Shown: one piece after another, positions 28,849 to 32,000 of the stretch
Layout: each line of letters opens with the position of its first letter
Numbering within the stretch: position 1 is the first letter of the stretch
From: Amoeboradix gromovi X-113
Lineage: Eukaryota; Fungi; Sanchytriomycota
Length of the DNA: 32,000 nucleotides
Reading direction: 5' to 3'
NCBI GenBank assembly: GCA_018985225.1
Contig: JADGIF010000023.1
Location: 4,517-36,516 of the forward strand
Made by a program: the position numbers and the translations under genes
The notes under the pieces: model-generated
Database searches by the model: none
What the model saw: only the letters and a program-made list of their open reading frames with translations
What the model was told of the DNA's origin: nothing

Positions 28849-30997
28849 ATGTTGGTACATGTACTTGGTGCCATTGCACAAGCTACAGATTGCACGAATA
28901 TCGAATCTGTTTTGAGCTTTAACTCTTTCGAGGACTTGACAGAAACAATCATGTTAAATGTCTGTCAAAATACCGCGATAAACACGTCCTTTATATGGTC
29001 TGAAGTGCCGGAATCCACAGATTTTGATGCTTCAGAAACATACACCACTTTTGGACATACTGAATACGTAGAGAGTGAGTCGGCTGAACTCACAGGAATT
29101 AATACGAATGAGACCGAGTTTCTCTCGTCAGAATATATGACATACACCCAGGAACCCCAAGTAGCTTCGACAAATGACAAGAATTTTGATTCCTCATATA
29201 TCACAATTGATGCAACAACTCTAGAAAGCTCGTTAGAACTGTCTACCGCTGAGTTGGCATCTATTACATCTACAGCATTAACCAATTTGTCTTCAGATAC
29301 AACAGTGGAGCTGATTCTTTCTACTGAGGACCTTATTTCAGAGAGTTCTGATTTTTCTACAACAATTTTAGATACAAGCCAAATATCTAGTACTGTGGAA
29401 CTTATTTCAGAAATTTCCGACTTTTCTACAACTGTTTTAGAAACCAGCCAAATATCTAGTACTGTGGAACTTATTTCAGAAATTTCCGACTTTTCTACAA
29501 CTGTTTTAGAAACCAGCCAAATATCTAGTACTGTGGAACTTATTTCAGAAAGTTCTGACTTTTCTACAACTTTTTTAGAAACCAGCCAAACATATAGTAC
29601 AAGTGCAAGTTCAACAGAAACCTCTGAAAACGAGACAAGTGCTTACGAAGATATTTTTTCAATCATGCAGAGTGAGTCCACATACTCTCATTTATTTAGT
29701 AGCATATATACCGTACAGAATGTGTTTGAAAGCATAACTAGATCGACTATAGCAACGGACGAGTACGGTTCAAATCTTGTTGGTGTATCATTGTATTTCA
29801 CAGCAGAGGGCAACAAATCAAAATTTACAACAATAACTCAACCAGCACTAGATTACTTAACTTCAGTTTCTAACTCAGACATGTACGAATCATCAAGTTA
29901 CCTATCAGAAAATGCAAAACCTTCAACTTTGTCTTTATCATCTAAAACTGTTACATGGAACTCAATATCGCAACAAATAGATACAGAATCTTACATTGAC
30001 ATATATTCTGAGTTTTCAACTAAATCGATGTTATCAAATAGCATAGAATCATTAGGCACCAAGAGAGACTCAATTTACATAACATTATCTATGTTGGAAA
30101 CACCAATTGAGAGCGATAAAACATCAGCATTTGCATCTTCAAGGCGATTGATAATTTTGGAGTCAGGAAATATTGCAACAAGCTCATCACACACGGTGGC
30201 AGCTGCGTTATCCTCAGGGCATGTAATTGTGAACACAGTAACCCCAGTCGCAACTGTCTCATTAGCCCAAAGTTTAGCAAAAACAGTTTTGAGATCAGAC
30301 GAAGAAAACATTATACAGTACTACATATCTACTGTATCTGCTAGCGACCATTCACAAATTGTTTCCAGTTCTACAGCTACTGAACAATCAGCGACCACCA
30401 CTACGCCCAACAATCCTGATGTAAATTCACTGTTGAGTACACCAGGGGGAATCACTGGTCTCGTAATCATAATAATAGTAATATTGTTGCTGGTAGCAGC
30501 ACTTTTTTATAAGCTTTTTACTTCCGGTAAGAAAAACAGAATCGCACTACTTGACGAAGAAATAAGTGATTACGGCGAAGAAAGTACAATGGCAAATAGG
30601 GCCCTTTCACCAGTTTCGCCAAATAATCAAACCGGATTTACAACTTCAGGGCTATCTAAAAACATCGAACCTCAGTCTCCTCAACAGAAGCAAAGTAGTT
30701 TAGTAATCGAAAGTTTGGGAGCATCCAATTTATTCAAACAAAAGAATCGCAAAAAGTCTGATGCGGCCGCTTTAGAATATACCGCTCCCCCTAGACGTGA
30801 AAGTGTGAATAGCGCTGTAAGAAACAAGATGATGGAAGAGCAATTCAATGCCAACGCATTTCTTAATGTAGTTCGAGAGTTGGACAAGAGAGTATTCCTA
30901 ATTAATTTAGATTCAATCTCAATCTCCAAGTGCCACATCTGAGTTTTCAGAATCTTCAATGCCATCATCTGCGTTCCAGAGGAATCCTCAATCCTAA
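28849..30997 (+). CDS. Mucin-like type I membrane protein; proposed join 28849-30891 + 30911-30997
   Basis: Signal-like start, S/T/E-rich ectodomain with 23-aa repeats, TM GLVIIIIVILLLVAALFY and a cytoplasmic tail. The spliced end IQSQSPSATSEFSESSMPSSAFQRNPQS matches the tail composition. The unspliced ORF ends at 30942. Confidence 0.82.
29332..29600 (+). repeat. 69-nt coding tandem repeat, ~3.9 units (LISEISDFSTTVLETSQISSTVE)
   Basis: Units start at 29332, 29401, 29470 and 29539; the middle two are identical. Confidence 0.95.
30892..30910 (+). other. Putative 19-nt spliceosomal intron GTATTCCTAATTAATTTAG
   Basis: GT-AG ends, phase 0; the last 12 nt (TAATTAATTTAG) are identical to the CENP-C intron. 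Confidence 0.8.
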
Positions 30998-31168
30998 TTA
31001 CTTGAAATAAAATTGTTTTTTCCATTTTGAAGCTGCTCTCTTCTTTATGAGACAAAGTGATGCTTTAAAATAAAATGACGTTTTTTCATCATATTTCGAC
31101 AAATTATTACTATATCTCTTTATTAGACTTCAAAAAAGTTAAGATATCTGAAAATGTGTACCTTTAAA

Positions 31169-31572
31169 CATATGGGACATCAAATATAAAAACTAGACTA
31201 ATTTTCTGATACAGTTTGACTCGTTATTTCAAGTGTGTATTAACTGATAGTAAATTAAATTAAATTAGTCTGTTCAAGTAAATTATTTTAGTATAAAAGC
31301 TTTTTATCCATCAAAATCTTAGAAACAGTGATTAAGACGAGAAAACAAAAAATAAGTTATACGAAGAAAAAGAAAGTGGAACAGCCAAGACACTCCAAGA
31401 CCTTATTTGAAAGAGCTGGTGGGTCATCTCGTTTTATTATAAAGAGTGGAATGACATTAATGAAAGAAAATTGGTTTGGAATAAGGACTTTTATTAATAA
31501 TAGTATTTCCTCCTTGTGGAGCACCTCCTTTAAAATGACTTGATCTAGTTTTTATATCTGGTATCCCATGTG
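31169..31572 (+). mobile_element. MITE copy 3 (404 bp)
   Basis: Left catatgggacatcaaatataaaaactaga; right tctagtttttatatctggtatcccatgtg; colinear with 18140-18555. Confidence 0.9.
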
Positions 31573-32000
31573 AATTATGAGCAGAAGTGGAACAGTCCAA
31601 CTTTTAGGGTTGTCACCGTACAGAAAGAGTACAAAATCTGCAGTACACATTCTTAAGTAAGCGGTATTGCGTATCCCCTCCGTTAATTGCGAACATTTGA
31701 ATAAATCGGTGGTCAGATCTTCTAAATGTATACCACTTGGGATACCACTTAAGGATATTTTTGCATGCTATGGCATCTCTACGGTATTCGTGATCCAACT
31801 AAAGCTTTGAGCCTTTTCGAATAATGCTTTATCTTGATTGATCGTAGCATTTAAAACACTCGATGGTAGAATACACCTCGTTTGTAATAAGCAGTCTCTT
31901 ATTTTATGCCTTACGCGTATGGGATAGTATCTGCTTGAAAGTGTAATGCCAAAGGGACTGCAGCTCTCTTTTGATATCTAGGTAGATTCTTCCTCTGCAC

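Noticed and set aside
29332-29600. Regular repeats resembling a CRISPR array
   Set aside because: Head-to-tail 69-nt in-frame coding repeats with no unique spacers, in a eukaryotic gene.
31328-31543. 71-aa ORF
   Set aside because: Lies inside MITE copy 3, starts with GTG, and its frame is not preserved in the other copies.
31573-32000. Possible decayed coding sequence on the minus strand
   Set aside because: Fragmentary frames, no recognisable motif, and truncated by the window edge.

Overview
AT-rich, gene-dense, nearly intron-free eukaryotic DNA read with the standard genetic code. The ARG5,6 polyprotein, FOX2 with an SCP2 domain, chitin deacetylase, type IIC P-ATPase and Crinkler-like genes point to an early-diverging fungus (inference; a reduced lineage such as the sanchytrids would fit). 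Housekeeping genes (XRN1, FOX2, ARG5,6, a probable CENP-C/MIF2, a Na/K-type P-ATPase) are mixed with secreted or surface proteins, a bacterial-type ComF-like PRTase and a Crinkler-type NTPase-REase gene with decayed paralogues. Three signals are missed by the ORF track. (1) Three putative ultra-short 19-20 nt GT-AG introns share the consensus GTA-N4/5-TRATTAATWTAG; removing them restores sensible C-termini, including the missing end of the CENP-C cupin. (2) A decayed Fanzor1 (eukaryotic TnpB-like RNA-guided nuclease) lies at ~20.6-21.7 kb, followed by a hairpin. (3) A TIR MITE family has three copies plus a solo TIR that may bracket the Crinkler gene as cargo. All calls come from reading motifs by eye; no searches were run.
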